DNA of 64,000 bases from Zootoca vivipara (lineage: Eukaryota), in contig NC_083278.1 of the NCBI RefSeq assembly GCF_963506605.1, positions 55,304,001 to 55,368,000 on the forward strand, read 5' to 3'. Numbering within the stretch: position 1 is the first letter of the stretch; every line of letters begins with the position of its first letter. The notes beneath the pieces were generated by a model that saw only the letters and a list, made by a program, of their open reading frames with translations, was not told where the DNA came from and searched no databases. Shown one piece after another: positions 1 to 14,164 of the stretch. The position numbers were made by a program, and so were the translations under genes.

Positions 1-372
1 TGAAGGGCAGTATAGAAATTTAATTAAATAATAATAATAATAATAATAATAATGACAACACCACCTTTCAAAGTTGGTGCACAGCGATAGGATAAGATAA
101 AAATCTGGCCCACTGGGCCAAAAAAGATTTGCTACCCCTGGATTATGAGAATGCATGCCAAAGGTGGTTAACACATGACTTAGCAGACACTGAACTACAA
201 TTCCCATCATCCCTGACATTTGGCCATGTTGGCTGGGGCTGCTGGGCATTGTAGTCCAACAGCATCTAGCAGGGCTAATGTAGCTGCAGGCCTTTTATGC
301 ACCTTCTGAATCAATTTATAGCAGACACTCAGATACCTGTGACTGGATTTCCCATCTCTTTAAATCTGAGTA

Positions 373-1061
373 TTGTATTGGCCCGGATATAAGCCACACT
401 TTCCCCCCAAATTCCGACCGTGAAAAGTTAAAGTGCGGCTAACAAAAGCCTGATATCACTGCTGAAACAGACAAACAGTTAACCCTCCCTTAACTCCCGC
501 TGGAGCCCTGGCGAACAGGGGTGGCGGGTGGCTGGTGGGTGGCTGCCGGTGCCACTGCCTCACACTTCCCACTGTAGTTTGGGGGGGGTGCCCGCCCGGT
601 GCTTGGAACGGCGGGCAGTGGGACAGCGAGGGCTGCTGTGCCGCTGCCACCATGCAATCCCCCTCTGCCTGCCCCACCACTGTTAATAGAGCAGGGGGGT
701 GCCTGCCTGGCCAGGTGTCAGGCGATTTGCACTCCCCCTGCAGAATGTCTCTTCTTGCTCAGCCTGCGGCCACCACTGTTAGGGAGCAGGGAGGGTGCCT
801 GCCCGGCTCAGGGGGCAGTCGGCAGCAGGTTGTGGGTGCCCGGGTGGGCCGCCGCCACTGCCCTACACAAACCTCCCCCCAGCTGCACTGTGTAGGGCTG
901 ACGCTTTGGGGGAGTGTCAGGGCACCTTAGGCAGCCCCCCATCTAGGGCCGTAAAATTTTGCTTGGACCACGTGGTTGCCGCCATGTATTCTCTCCCTCC
1001 CCCCTTGAATTTTAAAGGTGCGGCTTGTATTCGGGCACGGCTTAAATTTGGGCCAGTATGG
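373..1061. mobile_element. Non-autonomous Tc1/mariner-superfamily (pogo/Tc2-like) element with GC-rich interior
   Basis: inverted termini ttgtattggcccggatataagcc ... ggcttaaatttgggccagtatgg, TA on the left and CA on the right; explains the GC-rich spurious ORFs at 456-1178. Confidence 0.7.
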
Positions 1062-1475
1062 CAAATAAGAGCATTGGGTGGGAAGCTGATGAAGAACATA
1101 GTACTGGAGGAGTGAAAGTTTAACCCCTTTTTTATGTTGGAGAACTGTATTGCTAAATTTCAGAGCAATATGATTCACTTATTGTTTGGGCATGTGCAAA
1201 TTAGGTAGGTTTGTGTAAAATTTTCAACCAAACAGAATTTCCCCCTCATCCTTCCTTATCTCAGTAAGACTTAGGCTGGATCTACACAGACCTTTTAAAC
1301 GTTGTTAGAACGATATTAAATATATCGCTCTAAAAGATCACAAGGCATACTGGTAAATAAAAAAACATTCCTACCTTGTTTTGTCGGTAACAATACAGTT
1401 TCCCGATTGCAGGGTCCTCTGTAGCACCCTCTGGTGTCACATTTTAATAATTCTTCCTTAACATTATAAACCATG

Positions 1476-1652
1476 CAGGGCCGGCTCTAGGTGGAGTCCC
1501 GGTGGCGTGGTGTGCCAGGGCGCCGGGCCGGTAGGCAGGGTGCTGGGCGGCAAAGCTGCGTGGAAACCATGCTGCGCCCTGCGAGGGCGGGGGCGCCGGA
1601 GCGATCTCTGCCCCTCAGCACCAGGGCACATGACCTGCTCGAGACTGCCCTG
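1476..1652. mobile_element. hAT-type MITE (GC-rich)
   Basis: cagggccggctctag...ctcgagactgccctg with exact 8-bp TSD aaaccatg (1468-1475, 1653-1660). Confidence 0.8.
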
Positions 1653-1690
1653 AAACCATGAGTGTTGATCTGCCCTTAGTCGCAATCATG

Positions 1691-1819
1691 NNNNNNNNNN
1701 NNNNNNNNNNNNNNNNNNNNNNNNNNNNNNNNNNNNNNNNNNNNNNNNNNNNNNNNNNNNNNNNNNNNNNNNNNNNNNNNNNNNNNNNNNNNNNNNNNNN
1801 NNNNNNNNNNNNNNNNNNN
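1691..1819. other. Assembly gap (129 N)
   Basis: run of N. Confidence 1.
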
Positions 1820-4322
1820 CATGATTTAAATTTCAGATATGAATGTGAAATATCCTTATTTTTAATCTTGGCCAAATCCAAATACACAGCCCTACTGAAG
1901 TATAAAATTGAGTGCATATGATCAGCATCACTTTATTCTGCTGTTACACTGATTTGCAATGGATACAATCAAAAACAAAGTTAAGCATACTTAGTTCTGT
2001 ATTGCATTGTAGCCAACCGAGTCAAGACTCTAACCCCAAATTCAAAGCAATACTATGTTGTGATTCTGCAAATATGTAAATCCATCAGGCAGCCTCTGTA
2101 AGCAGAGCCCTATAAGATGAGAAACTGAAACTAATCAGGTCAGACACTTCTCCTAATGCCTATATAATAATACACACAGTGTTAGCATTTCCCCCCTTCC
2201 ATTTCTTATTCTCTGAATTTCCTCCTGCCAAATCATTTCCATGCCTTGCTAAGCAACATATTAATTCCAGCTGGTCCATTAAAATCATTAAGTGGAAATT
2301 ATTGTTACTTTTTCGAATGAGAACTATAAACACACACACATCCCTCTCTGCATAATCCAAGAATATTGTAGACTTCAGTTGATTTCACTTTATATAACCC
2401 ATTAATAGCACACAGCAGCATCAAAAGCAACAGATTGTAAGATTACTCTAGCATTGTGTACACCCCCCTACAGTTACAGAGGCACAAAAAGAAAGGGCCA
2501 GTTCTCATAAAACCATTAGTAATTTCATCAATATTCCTTGCCTGTGATACTCACAGGGAGGGAAATATGCTCAGTGCATACAAAACATGGCTATCAAATG
2601 ATCGCAGAATGCCTACATAACATCCATGGAGATATGTCCCCAAACTCAAAAATAAAGCTTACATCTCAATGTCCCAAGTCACAAACACTGCCTGGGTGGT
2701 GTCAGATCAACCTTTTCAAACCCAGCATCCACTTTCAGCTTTAACCTGTAATCCACTTTCTCTCCTTTTTAGTTTTAGTCTCTCTGTCTTTCTCCTTCTC
2801 TCACATGTTTGCCTCTCTGTCTTTCTGTTTTTTTAAAAAAAGACAACCTAAAGCAACAAATTGAAAAGAAAATGAAGGAGGTACCACAGGTGCTAGCCGC
2901 ATTAGTCTATGCTTTGTGGCACTTAGGTGTCCCAACCAAATCCTCCCCAGGTCAAGTATGTTTTCATAATTTGGAGGTAACCCATGGCACACTTGACAAA
3001 AGCCAAACCTCACCTCATCTAGATGCTTCTTGGGGCGCATTGAGCGAAGCTGAGCTACACTGACAGAGCCTGAGTGCAATGTGCTTGTGGATCAATGGAA
3101 TAAGAAATGGGTCCTCAGACCACAGAAAAACAATTGGAGTGGTATAATATAAAGCAGGGCTGTCCAACTTTTCATACCAAGAGGGCTGCAAAAGTACTTC
3201 GACGTGGAACCTGTGGGCCACAGGTTGAATTAAATTTTCTTGTCAGGGGAGCAAGGCCAAAATTTGAGGCCTCCTCCCACCCCCAGCCCTCATGTTGCCT
3301 TCGCAAAGCCAGGTAAGCAAGGCACTTGGCTTTGGAAAGGAGACATGAGGTTCTGGCAGGGCCCTAGAGTTCTCCCACCTTCTTCCCAAAGCTGGGAAAG
3401 TGTTAACTACGCTTCTGGAGGCAGATGTTAGGGCTTTAGGACCCCATTGGAGCCCTCAGGCCTCCTTCCCAAAGTCCAGGGTCTCACCTAGGCTTTGGGA
3501 AGGCAATGTGAGGGTTGCAGAGGGGGTGACGTCAAATGTTGCCAAGAGCTGCCAAAAAGGCCTTGAGGGCTACATGTGGCTCTTGGGTCATGTGTTGGAC
3601 TGCCTTAGTACAAAAAGAAAGGAAGAGAAAGGTAGTAGGCATAACAACAAGGAAAGGGTGGCAGGGCATGAGGATAGGAGAGAGTGAAGAAGAAACAGAA
3701 AATAGGTGGAGCGGAGCAAGCCTGCCTCCGAGGATACCCTAAGAAAGCTTTAATAGTGTCAGTGAAGTTCTGCATCCTGATATTTCTACTGGCAATTTAC
3801 TCTTCCAAGCAGGCTTGCATTTATTTTCCATTTTATCCTTTCTATAAAGGAAATTTAGCTTTGGGCAGCACAGTCCAGGTTTTTATTTTTTTTACTAAAC
3901 AAACTCTATATGTATACAAAATGTCAGAAGAATAGTCTCCAAAGCAGGGTCTACAGAAGGAAAAGGAAAGTTGCAGTAAAAGTCACTAGCAACAATATAC
4001 ATTTTATCAATTTAATTCTAGAAAAGCCTTCATCATTCTCCCAGAATATAGATGTGATAAATATGTTAATGGAAGATTTTGATGATTGAGTTTGTAAAAC
4101 TACAAAGCCAGAAAGAAATTACTATTTGCTTTTCTAAATTAAAAAAATAAATTCAAATCAAATCATGAATAGGAAGGTGAAAAAAAGCTAGCTGAAGATG
4201 ATCAGAGAGACATAGCACTCCCTCAGACTGGAGGCAGAAGATTTCAGAACACTGAAGGTGGTATGATACAGAGATCAGCTGCCACATAATTCCAAGGAAT
4301 TGGGGGGCTTTATGTTATGTTA

Positions 4323-4680
4323 GGGACCCAGGTGGCGCTGTGGGTTAAACCACAGAGTCTAGGGCTTGCTGATCAGAAGGTCGGTGGTTCGAATCCCTGC
4401 AACGGGGTGAGCTCCCGTTGCTCGGTCCCAGCTCCTGCCCACCTAGCAGTTCGAAAGCACATCAAAGTGCAAGTAGATAAATAGGGACCGCTCCGGCGGG
4501 AAGGTAAACGGCGTTTCCGTGCGCTGCTCTGGTTCGCCAGAAGCAGCTTTGTCATTCTGGCCACATGACCCGGAAGCTGTCTGCGGACAAACACCGGCTC
4601 CCTCGGCCTATAGAGCGAGATGAGCGCCGCAACCCCAGAGTCGGGCACGACTGAACCTGATGGTCAGGGGCCCCTTTACC
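4323..4680 (+). mobile_element. Sauria SINE (tRNA-derived), full length
   Basis: pol III box A/B-like head (tggcgctgtggg...ggttcgaatccc), ccctttacc tail, TSD tatgttatgtta. Confidence 0.9.
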
Positions 4681-7248
4681 TATGTTATGTTAGACTAACC
4701 ACAGATAGTTGCTGTAGTGAATGTGGCTGGTCTCTTTAATAACCAAGCCTAGTCTGTGATAGAAAGTCCCCCTCCCCCAGGTGTGCTGGCTTTCATAGTG
4801 GAATGGGAACTAGTTGGAACCTTAGTTTTGGCTACTTGCCAATTCCTTATTACAACTATTGAAGTTATCCTCACTCCAAACCCACAGTTGCAATATCCAA
4901 ACCCGGCCAAAGTTAGTGAAAACTAGCCAACTTCAAAATAAAGGGTTCAGATAAACTGAAACAAAATGGGAAGCATCTGGTATCTTCATAGCAACGCCGG
5001 AAGAGAAGATGTAAGGAGTAGCAGACACAAGAGCTAGGGTTAGTCAGGTGCCTTGTAAACAATGGTTTCACATTATGTTCCCTGTTTCTCCGAAAATAAG
5101 ACATACCCATTAAATAAGCCGTAGCAGGGGTATTATGAGGCCACTGTTGATTTGAGTGTATGAAGTCTTTCAGATATGTATTCAATGTACTCCGTCTCCA
5201 ACTCTGCTGTGACCAGTAATACAGTTGTGATCACATCTTGTTTGAGTATCTTGGCATTTATCTTCACAGGTTCTGGGCAGTGTTACCCCCCTTCTTCTCA
5301 CGGTTAATAAAGCCCTACTACTTTGAACCACCAAAATGGCTTTTCTCACCAGCCATAGTTGAAACGAATGGTGCATGCCTTTTTCTTTTCACAAAATTTC
5401 ATTATACAAAACATAACATACACAAAAGGTGTGACACCATCTATGTATGTTTTCTTCCCCCCCCCCCAGTCCATCATCATGTCACAACCCAGTACAGATT
5501 ATTTTCTGACACAACAAATAAGTCATAAAGATTTCTCTTTTTACCTGAAAGGAAGCAAGATAACACATCTTCCCCTTTGCTCTTTGCTGTTATACTTACT
5601 TGTACTAGTTTAGTCATTTTCCCCTGTTGAATGCACAATTCCTTTCCAGTACAAGGACACATACATTCCTCTTTGTTTTAAATACCTCCCTTGTGCATTT
5701 CTGACAGGCAGAGTCTTTTATCCAAAAGGTGGGCTGTAGTGGAGTCTTTTATATCTAGTTTTAAAGGAACATCCAAACTACAATTTATACATCTGTACAA
5801 TCCCCTGCTGTTTCAAAGAGGATCTTCTGACTTCTGTGCCAGGCAGTATTTCACTGCTTGAAAAGAGGCCTTGGGATTTTCCTATAAGCTAGCAAGGCGA
5901 TAATTTTCATGCCATTTGGAAGTCATATAGTTCCCTGATATCTGCAGTCTGAAAATAGAGGCAATGTGCCATCAAATCTACAACAATATAGTTACATGCT
6001 CCAGACTCCCCCAGTGGCATTGCTAATTTGGGTGTCCTTTAGAGGAGAGAGCACTAAGGACTTAACAGTGTTCTTGTAATGTTTTATTTCTTTACTAATA
6101 TGCAAGTAGAGCATAGGTGGAGGTGAATTGACAGCATGCATATTCCTGCCAGGCAGCAGTGCCACTATCCCACATCAGATCAACAGAAAGAGATACTCGC
6201 TCCTCCAAACCCAAGTGCCTTCAGTTCTCAGCCTCTCCACACACACACACCCAGTCTCATGGGCTCTGTTCCCAAACACCTGCTTCTTCAAGCACATACA
6301 ACTTAGGAGGAAAGTGTGTCATCTTTCAAATTATCTGTGTTCAAATTCAGTTAGCCTCTCCCATTCAAAGCACTCGAGAGCGATCTAGCTATTTTGTAAC
6401 CATTAACTCTCATTGAGGAAGCCTCCACCATCCACTCTGGGCTATTAAGCAGCAGCATTGCCTGACAAAAGAAATCAGAAAAATAAGCTGGCCAGCAGCA
6501 GACATTAGCAATGTTATCAGCTAATAGACATTACAAACAAGGAAGCCATCTGATATAGAGAAACTTTCTCCAAAGTCCATTTTCCATTGCAGTGGGCAGA
6601 CATTTTCTAATTCCAACTCTCAAACAGCCCTTTCTTAGGGAAATATTCTCCGCCTATTTTACATTAAGGGTAGCCCATCAGAACATGTTCCCGATACTAA
6701 ATATAGCCCAGAAATTGGCATTAAATATTTCTGAAGTTCCCTTTTTCAAATGGAGCAAAGGCACGATAGGCTCTAGCTGCCAGGATGCTGGGTGTAAGAG
6801 AATTACCAGTGTGAAATCAAAGAGCTGAGAGTTTCCTGTAGGGAATTAATAACAGATGTAAAAAAGAGTTGATAACAGAACGAATGTGACTAAAACAGGC
6901 TTAAATGAACATTTAGATAATGTTAACTGATGTAGCTGTGAGTCTCGAGACATTTGACAGCCAGGAGTTAATTTGAATAGCTAAATTAAAAGGATGCCCG
7001 GAAGGGATACAAGAGTGTATTATTGAAAAATATCAAAAATACTTAGAAGAGATCTCCTTAGGAAGAAGTAGTAAGTGTACACTCTAACACTTATGGTAGG
7101 CATGACAGTCACTATATCTACTACAGTTAGTTGTGGAGTTTTGCTTTGGTGAGGTGGGGCAATTACCCAACTATGCCAGTGTCACAACAAAGGAAAATTA
7201 AATGAGGACTGTGGAAGAACAAGCAGGCCAACATTTACTTATAACTTA

Positions 7249-7673
7249 GGGTTGCCATACATCTGGCAAAACCCAGACATGTCCTCTTTTGGGGGGCCAA
7301 CATGCCCATCCAGCCGGATTTTTATATTTTAAAGGAAATGTCCAGGTTTGGGTTGTTGTTTTTTTTGGGGGGGGGTTGGGTGTTTGGGGGGGCATGTACA
7401 TGTTCAGGAGGGTGCTGTGCCCCAGAAGTGGAGGTGCTGCAGTGGAGGAAAGATGTCGCAGCAGCGAACAGGTAGCTGGAGTCCTACCTCTGCTCGGGCT
7501 GGCAGCAGCTCGGGCTCAGGCTGCTCTGCACACCGTGGTCATTGCCATTCTGAACCGGGGATAGAGGTTTGTGGGCACAGCGGTAGCCCCGCAACCTGTG
7601 CACCTCTTTCCCCAGCTCGGGCTGGCAGCGGCTTGGGCTGCCCTCTTTTTTGCTCTTCAAGATATCACAGCCC
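7249..7673. mobile_element. Non-autonomous DNA element, possibly PIF/Harbinger-like
   Basis: tta|gggttgcca ... cagccc|ta termini, GC-rich interior; superfamily inferred. Confidence 0.45.
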
Positions 7674-8361
7674 TATTATAGCTTTAAAATAAAGGAGTAC
7701 TAAAGACAAAGAATAAAGATATGGATAGGTCAGGTTTATCAAACAGCACCTTTCATTTCATCTCACTCCAAATGTGGGCCTTAAAAAAGGTTGCCTTATT
7801 TATTTTATGGTTCACTGAATTGTCTTCATTGTAAACTACTGTGGAATTGAAGGGTGGCATCTACATTTTTATAAAGAAAGAATAACTGCCGCTTGGTTCT
7901 GTTAGGTTCTGCAATTCTCTTTGTAGCAGTATAGCAGAGTTGAGCTGTCTGAGCTCTGGACGGCAGCTGAGGTGTGTTGTGCATACACTGTGAAGGGCAA
8001 ATGATGGGCACTGGGATAGCACCTGGGTACCTGTAGCTTCCTCTCACCTGACATCTTTGCTCATTCAAGACTGTTGTTTGCATAAATGATGGGCTTGAGA
8101 TAACTACCCCTTAAAAACATCATTCTGGTTAAATGCTGCTGTTGTGGGTATTCTGGTTTTCCTCTTGTTGTTTTCTATACTGTATTTAATGTTGTATGTA
8201 TAGCTTCCCCAGAGAGGCTTGCCTGGCCCCTACAATATTCTCTCTTATTTGCCAGGTGAAGACTTTCCTCTTCCCCCTGGAGCTTTTAATAGCCTTTATT
8301 TGAATGAGTGTTAAAGTTGCCCACATGGGCTTTGTGTTGTTGTTTATTTGCTACTACTTTG

Positions 8362-8603
8362 CAGTGGTACCTTGGTTTTCGAACATCTCCATTGACGAAC
8401 ATTTCGGTTTTTGAACGCCTTAAACCCGGAAGTAAATGTTTCGGTTTTCGAACATGCCTAGGAAGTCGAACATGCCACATGATTTCCGCTGAGTGCAAGA
8501 TCCTGAGGCCTAGCTGTCGGCTATTGAGCTTTCAGTTTTTGAACATTTCAGAACTTGAATAGTCTTCCGGAATGGATTAACTTCAAAAACTGAGGTTCCA
8601 CTG
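8362..8603. mobile_element. Tc1/mariner (Tigger-like) MITE
   Basis: TIRs cagtggtaccttggttttcgaa / ttcaaaaactgaggttccactg; internal cggttttcgaac repeats; sits within a decayed L2-like 3' end. Confidence 0.75.
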
Positions 8604-9808
8604 CATTTGTTTCAAAATACTGTTTTAAAAGTTTTATATTGTTAGGAACAATCATTTTATTATTTTGTTGGTAAACATTGCATGATGTTTTTGAATTTGA
8701 CATGCTATTGGATAGGCAGTATAAAAGTAGAACTTAAACAAATAAAATTTGTATTTTTGTGGGGGGGGATCAGAGATTAATGTGGAAGAAGGATGGAAGG
8801 GCCTTATGAATGAATATATTCACATTACATGGCTCAGATATCAATTGATCTGCCCATCCCTGCTCTTCAGGCGCTGAGGTGAATTCAGAAACATCTTCTA
8901 TTTTAAGCCATCTGCTCTGACTGTAAAATGTCCCACTTCATCATCTCTAGAAAAATGAGCAGGGGAGAAGAGAGACTGTATTCAAACCTATTAAGAATGG
9001 AACCCAGAAATTCATGACAAAAGAAAATATCAAGGTGTTAAGTTATTGACAATTAGTGTGCAAGTGGTATTCTTTGCAGAGGGACAGCTGGAAGGTCACA
9101 ATCCAGCTGGGGGCTAGCCGGCTGGCCTTTCAACCCTCTGGATGCTGACAGTTGCTTCATAGACTGCTCAGACACAGAGAGGCTGGTTTTAAATGGAGTA
9201 TCTATGATATGTGTCTGTGAATGTAAATATTGTGAATGTAAATATTGAAAGGCCATCCAACTCTGGCCTTCTGGCCCAGAACTGATCAATAGTTTGTGTG
9301 ACTCTAATTAAAACTGTAAATGCTGCATGATTCATAACAAAATAATAAGAACCATCAACTTTTTTTTAAAAAAAACTGTCTTAATGGGAAAGAATTTTAT
9401 TGGATTAAATGATGAAGATTTTTAGCCATACCATTCAAATGTCCCAGATATTAGGTGATCATAGCTGAAAAGAGGGTCATGCACCCCTTAGTCCCTCCTC
9501 CTTTTCAGAATAATCCAGAGTGGCCCTATATATAAAGCAACAATAAGCTAACACCTGAATATCTTGAGCTATTAATATGCCTTTGTCAAGCCCACAACTC
9601 TGGGCAGGTCTTGCAAGTTAAGGCATACCCACAATAAGTTGTGTTCACAGAAATTTGATACCAAAACCCATAACAATAGCACAGCAATCAATTCAACTAT
9701 TTGGTCTCCATTATCTCACACTTACAGTGTATGTTTAAAGCTAGAAACGTTGAAATCCAGGACATGTGTGGCTATTTTCCTTAACCAGATTCTTTTATAT
9801 GAAATATA

Positions 9809-10159
9809 AAAAGGTAAAGGGACCCCTGACCATTAGGTCCAGTTGTGACCGACTCTGGGGTTGTGGCGCTCATCTCGCATTATTGGCCGAGGGACCCGGC
9901 ATACAGCTTCCAGGTCATGTGGCCAGCATGACCAAGCTGCTTCTGGCTAAGCAGAGCAGCACACGGAAACACCATTTACCTTCCCACTGTAGCAATACCT
10001 ATTTATTTATTTGCACTTTGACGTGCTTTCAAACTGCTAGGTTGGCAGGAGCAGGGACCGAGCAACGGGAGCTCACCCCATCGCGGGATTCAAAGTGCTG
10101 ACCTTCTGATCGGCAAACCCTAGGCTCTGTGGTTTAACCCACAACGCCACCCGCATCCC
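9809..10159 (-). mobile_element. Sauria SINE
   Basis: reverse complement of the 4323 copy; TSD atatgaaatata. Confidence 0.9.
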
Positions 10160-11354
10160 TTAATATGAAATATAGTGTGGACAAATTGAAATAAAGCCCC
10201 ACAACATTCGGTGTTCTGAATCCTTGTTCCTCCAATCCACTTTCAGTGCCCTATTTTGTAGATAACTGCACAATACTGTTACTGTTTTTACTACCACTAT
10301 CAGACAATAACAGCTTTAGTCATATCCCCTGTTAGCTTCAACAGGGACACTTGGTATGAACAAACAAAACTCCATGTGCTCCAGCTAGTGGAGTTACACT
10401 TCGTCACGTCGTTTGTATGTAAAAATCATGGAGTAATTATTTCAATGGGAGCTTTTTATTAGCATCTTAGTGGCATCGCTTTGTCTCAGACTGGCACTCA
10501 CATTTTGTTCAGCCTTATTTCACATACCAGCTGTGATTTTAGCAGTTTCTATAGACTCATTTAAAGTTAGATTCAGCTCTGTGAAGACTGTTGCCATAAG
10601 GCAGAGGCGCCACTTAATTCCCACTTAGCTTCTCAAAATAACTCATAGGGGAATCTTTTCTTTCTTCTGTGTGCAAGTTAAACTCTCGCTTTGGCTAATA
10701 GATGTTAGACGTGTGCTTTAAAGTAGGAATAATGCGCCCTTCGCTGCACAGAGTTGTGACACCTCTGTATAAACCCATTGACAACCCAATCTCTTTTAAG
10801 ATTAAAAGAGAGGGAGGGGGAGAGAAAGAAAGATAATATGGCTCTGCTGAATTCTTTGGAACTCTCACAATTCAGGGGGATGATGGAATGGTACTCTGGA
10901 AGCCATCACATCTGTTAAGAGAAGACTGCCTTTCAGCTATTGGTTTGCTACTGTAGTTTTTCTTATAAGGTGGAAAGGGTGACGATGAAAGGATACAAGC
11001 GTTTGCAGGCAGGGGCAGTGGATAGATTTGAAAAGATCATATAACTACATGGTGATAAGGAATGGTTTTATCTTTTAGGTTCATGTTCATTGAAACCGGG
11101 AAAACACTTTCCAAATAAATTAGTAGTAAAAACCAGTAGGTGGTGGCCATGGTAGAGGCCTTCACTCACCTGACCCCTAGTCGGTTGCATCACTGTTGCT
11201 TAATGAGAGGTAGAGAGGGAGGGGGGGGAGGAGATGGCAAGGTCACTGTGGTGCAAGCACACCAGCGGAAGCACCAGATTGGTTCTGCTGGTGTGTTTGC
11301 ATCTCATCAACCCTACTGCCACCTATATCTCCATGTTCTAGGACCTTTCCTGTT

Positions 11355-12010
11355 ATTGATGTCAAGATGACAGGTTCATAGCAAGATAATTACCTGGACC
11401 ACCTTTTTTCCCCTTTTGGAAGATGGGGACCACATTTGCCACCTCCAGTCTGCTGGGACTTCACTTGTTCTCCAAGAATTCTCAAAGATTATAGACAGAG
11501 GCTCTGAGATTACATCCGCAAGCTCCTCTAGTATCCTTGGGTGCAGCTCATCAGGTCCTGGAGATTTGAATTCTTTAAAGTAGCTAGGTGTTCCTTTACC
11601 ACCTCTATTCCTGTTTGGGACTGCAGCTCCCTCTTTGCATCATTTATTCAGTTATCACCAGGATGGGGACTGTTTTCCTTTTGGGTGAAGCAGAGGCAAA
11701 GTAGGAGTTGAACAGTTCCACCTTCTCTCTGTCACCCAAAAGCATTTCTCTTTCTTCTCCGTGCAGAGGACCTACTACTTAGTTGTTTTCCTCTTGCTTC
11801 AAACATAGCTGAAGAAACCTTTATTATTATTTTTAAGCTCTCTTGCAAGCCTGAACTCATTCTGAGCTGTGACCCACCTGAGCTTCTCCCTGCACCTGTT
11901 GGCTACTCTTGGCTTCTCTTCCTTTGTGATTTCCCCTTTCTCATACATGCCGTTCTTAAATCTCAGTTCATCTTAAGTTCCCTATGCAGCCACACAGGTC
12001 TCTTTAGATG
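11355..12010 (-). mobile_element. CR1 LINE ORF2 internal fragment (decayed)
   Basis: minus-strand translation KSPGPDELHPRILEELADVISEPLSIIFENSWRTSEVPADW, typical of CR1 ORF2 upstream of RT. Confidence 0.8.
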
Positions 12011-13066
12011 CCTACCCTGAATGCAGGCAGGCAGAAGGCAACCAAGGAAAGAAGGAATCAAGCATAGGATTGCAGCAAGTTTAGGAAATGACACAGGGAA
12101 GGCTAGAATCTGACTATTGAACAGACAACCCAGACCTATTTATAACCAGGAAATGTCAGAAGAACCTATGGGCTATTGATTTGCAGATTTATTTTAGGAA
12201 GTTCACACTGAACCCCAGAAATATAATTTTGTTCCTCTATGACCTCAAGTGTCTCATCACAAATAGCATTCAAGCATGGGCTAGGATACTTCTAGTCCAA
12301 GTTTTGGTTTCTCCTGACATGGGTTGAGTATGCTCCTAGCATCTGGATTAAGAGTTTATATTGACACTGGGTAGCTACTGACTCATGGCACAGAAAAGAA
12401 TTGGATAAATGACTGTTTTGGAGATTTTCTTCATAGGCATTGAAAATGAGATGAAACAGTGTGTTCCCGTTTTTTAATTGTACTGTAATGTAGAAGGTTG
12501 CCTATGAACACTGAAGTATGTACAGTACTGTATTTCTTGCTTTAGAGAGAGGATATAAACAAACTTAAATATTAATGAGATTGATGGAAGGTTTTTGAAA
12601 GCAGCCCCCCTCCCCCCAGAATATACAGATATTAAGCAAATAGATATGTAAGGAGGGGATTTATGGAGCACTCAGCTTCACTGCTGGTAAACATGTTGAA
12701 TTTCAGAATTATGTCACTGTCAGTGAACCCTTTTGTTGTGTCAAAGCAAACTTTAATTGCTTCATTTACACTCAAGGAAAACATTGCACTCCTGCTACGG
12801 TTCTGATTTATCTTTGTTGAAAGACCACATGCAAATCATACCATGGGGTCGAGACAAGCTTCAATGAATATAAAAGATTAATGTTTTGATTATTGTTTTT
12901 CATTGTACACAAGTAAAATGGAGGTACTCCATTCACATTTCTGCAAATTAACCCTGTTAAGCTACTTACCCACCATTTACAATGGCACAAAGCTATATTT
13001 TATTCTTTCTTTTGTGAATTTTGGGCCTGAATCTACCTATTCAAAATAATTGTGTGATACAGTTAT

Positions 13067-13539
13067 TGTGATACAGTTCATTCCCCATGTCTGCAGTCAT
13101 GGGATTGTTGTCTATCACATGACGGTGTATGTTTTCATTCCACAGTGTGGGAAGTGACGGAGACAGGATGTTTGTGTTACTGTGTTCCGTGAAGTGGGAC
13201 TATAGTCCTTTGTTTTTTTCTCTCTCTCTCTCTCTGCTGTCTGATGAGAAAGAGGAAGGAGCCAAGTCAGAATGTTCTGAGTATATTATATGTAAATAAA
13301 CGTAGATTAGCCAAAATGCTGAGCTACTGTGGTCTGTCATGCAAACTGTGAATACTCTGTGGATCCCTAATTGTGCTAATGCACAATTAGCCACTGTGGT
13401 GTTCGGGCATTAGCCACTGTAATGTTCGGGCAAAAGAAAGCTTTTGAAGCTCCCGAACAACCGGCCAGGAGGGAGAGAACATGCCAGTCCAGCATGTGTC
13501 TCTACCAGGGTCCCACATGAGAGTAGGACGCTCCTAACA
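13067..13539 (+). mobile_element. Solo LTR
   Basis: TG...CA ends, 5-bp TSD gttat, internal AATAAA near 13295; homologous copy at 35637-36070. Confidence 0.7.
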
Positions 13540-13983
13540 GTTATATTGGGACTTTCCATTTTTAATGGTGGTGGTGGTGGTGGTGGTGATGTCAGAAACT
13601 CAAACTGGATGTGACACTAAATGTATCATTAAGAAGTATGTCAGGCTTCTTAGAAATCTAACAGCTTGTTTGTGGACACCCTCCCCAATTTTTATATGGT
13701 CTACAGCACATGGAGAAAGAAAGTTTAAACCTTCCCTCTCCATCTCCATTCCCATGAAAACCTCTCCCTGTGCTACTACTGTATTAAGCTTAGAGTTCCC
13801 CATGAAGATTCTCCCCATCCTGTGCCTATTATTATTTTAAAAAATTAAAAAGCCTTAGACCTGGTTCACATATAACATTGTGAACATTATAGCATTAACT
13901 ATTGCTTGCCTTCTTCCAACAAACTACATGCTGAAGCTATGGTTTGTTGTTGACTTGTGAGCCATGGTTTGTTTTACCTATAG

Positions 13984-14119
13984 CAGGCATAGGCAAACTC
14001 AGACCTCCAGATGTTTTCGGACTACAATTCCCATCATCCCTGACCACTGGTCCTGTTTGCTAGGGATCATGGGAGTTGTAGTCCCAAAACATCTGGAGGG
14101 CCCAGTTTGCCTATGCCTG
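13984..14119. mobile_element. 136-bp hairpin hAT MITE (end type CAGGCATAGGCAAACT)
   Basis: palindromic; exact TSD acctatag. Confidence 0.9.
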
Positions 14120-14164
14120 ACCTATAGCTTGGTACTACATGTGAACACAGCACCCTTCATTAAC

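Noticed and set aside
456-1178. Overlapping GC-rich ORFs / apparent CpG island
   Set aside because: Almost entirely inside a TIR-bounded non-autonomous transposon (373-1061); no recognisable protein
1684-1826. Gap flanked by inverted aatcatg/catgatt
   Set aside because: Only 7 bp of symmetry; contents unknowable
4323-4400. tRNA-like sequence with GGTTCGAATCCC
   Set aside because: Head of a Sauria SINE, not a tRNA gene
5080-5270. Open frame as a possible THEMIS exon
   Set aside because: Adjoins a ccgaaaataagac pogo/Tc2-like TIR remnant and lacks a polypyrimidine acceptor; likely a transposon fragment
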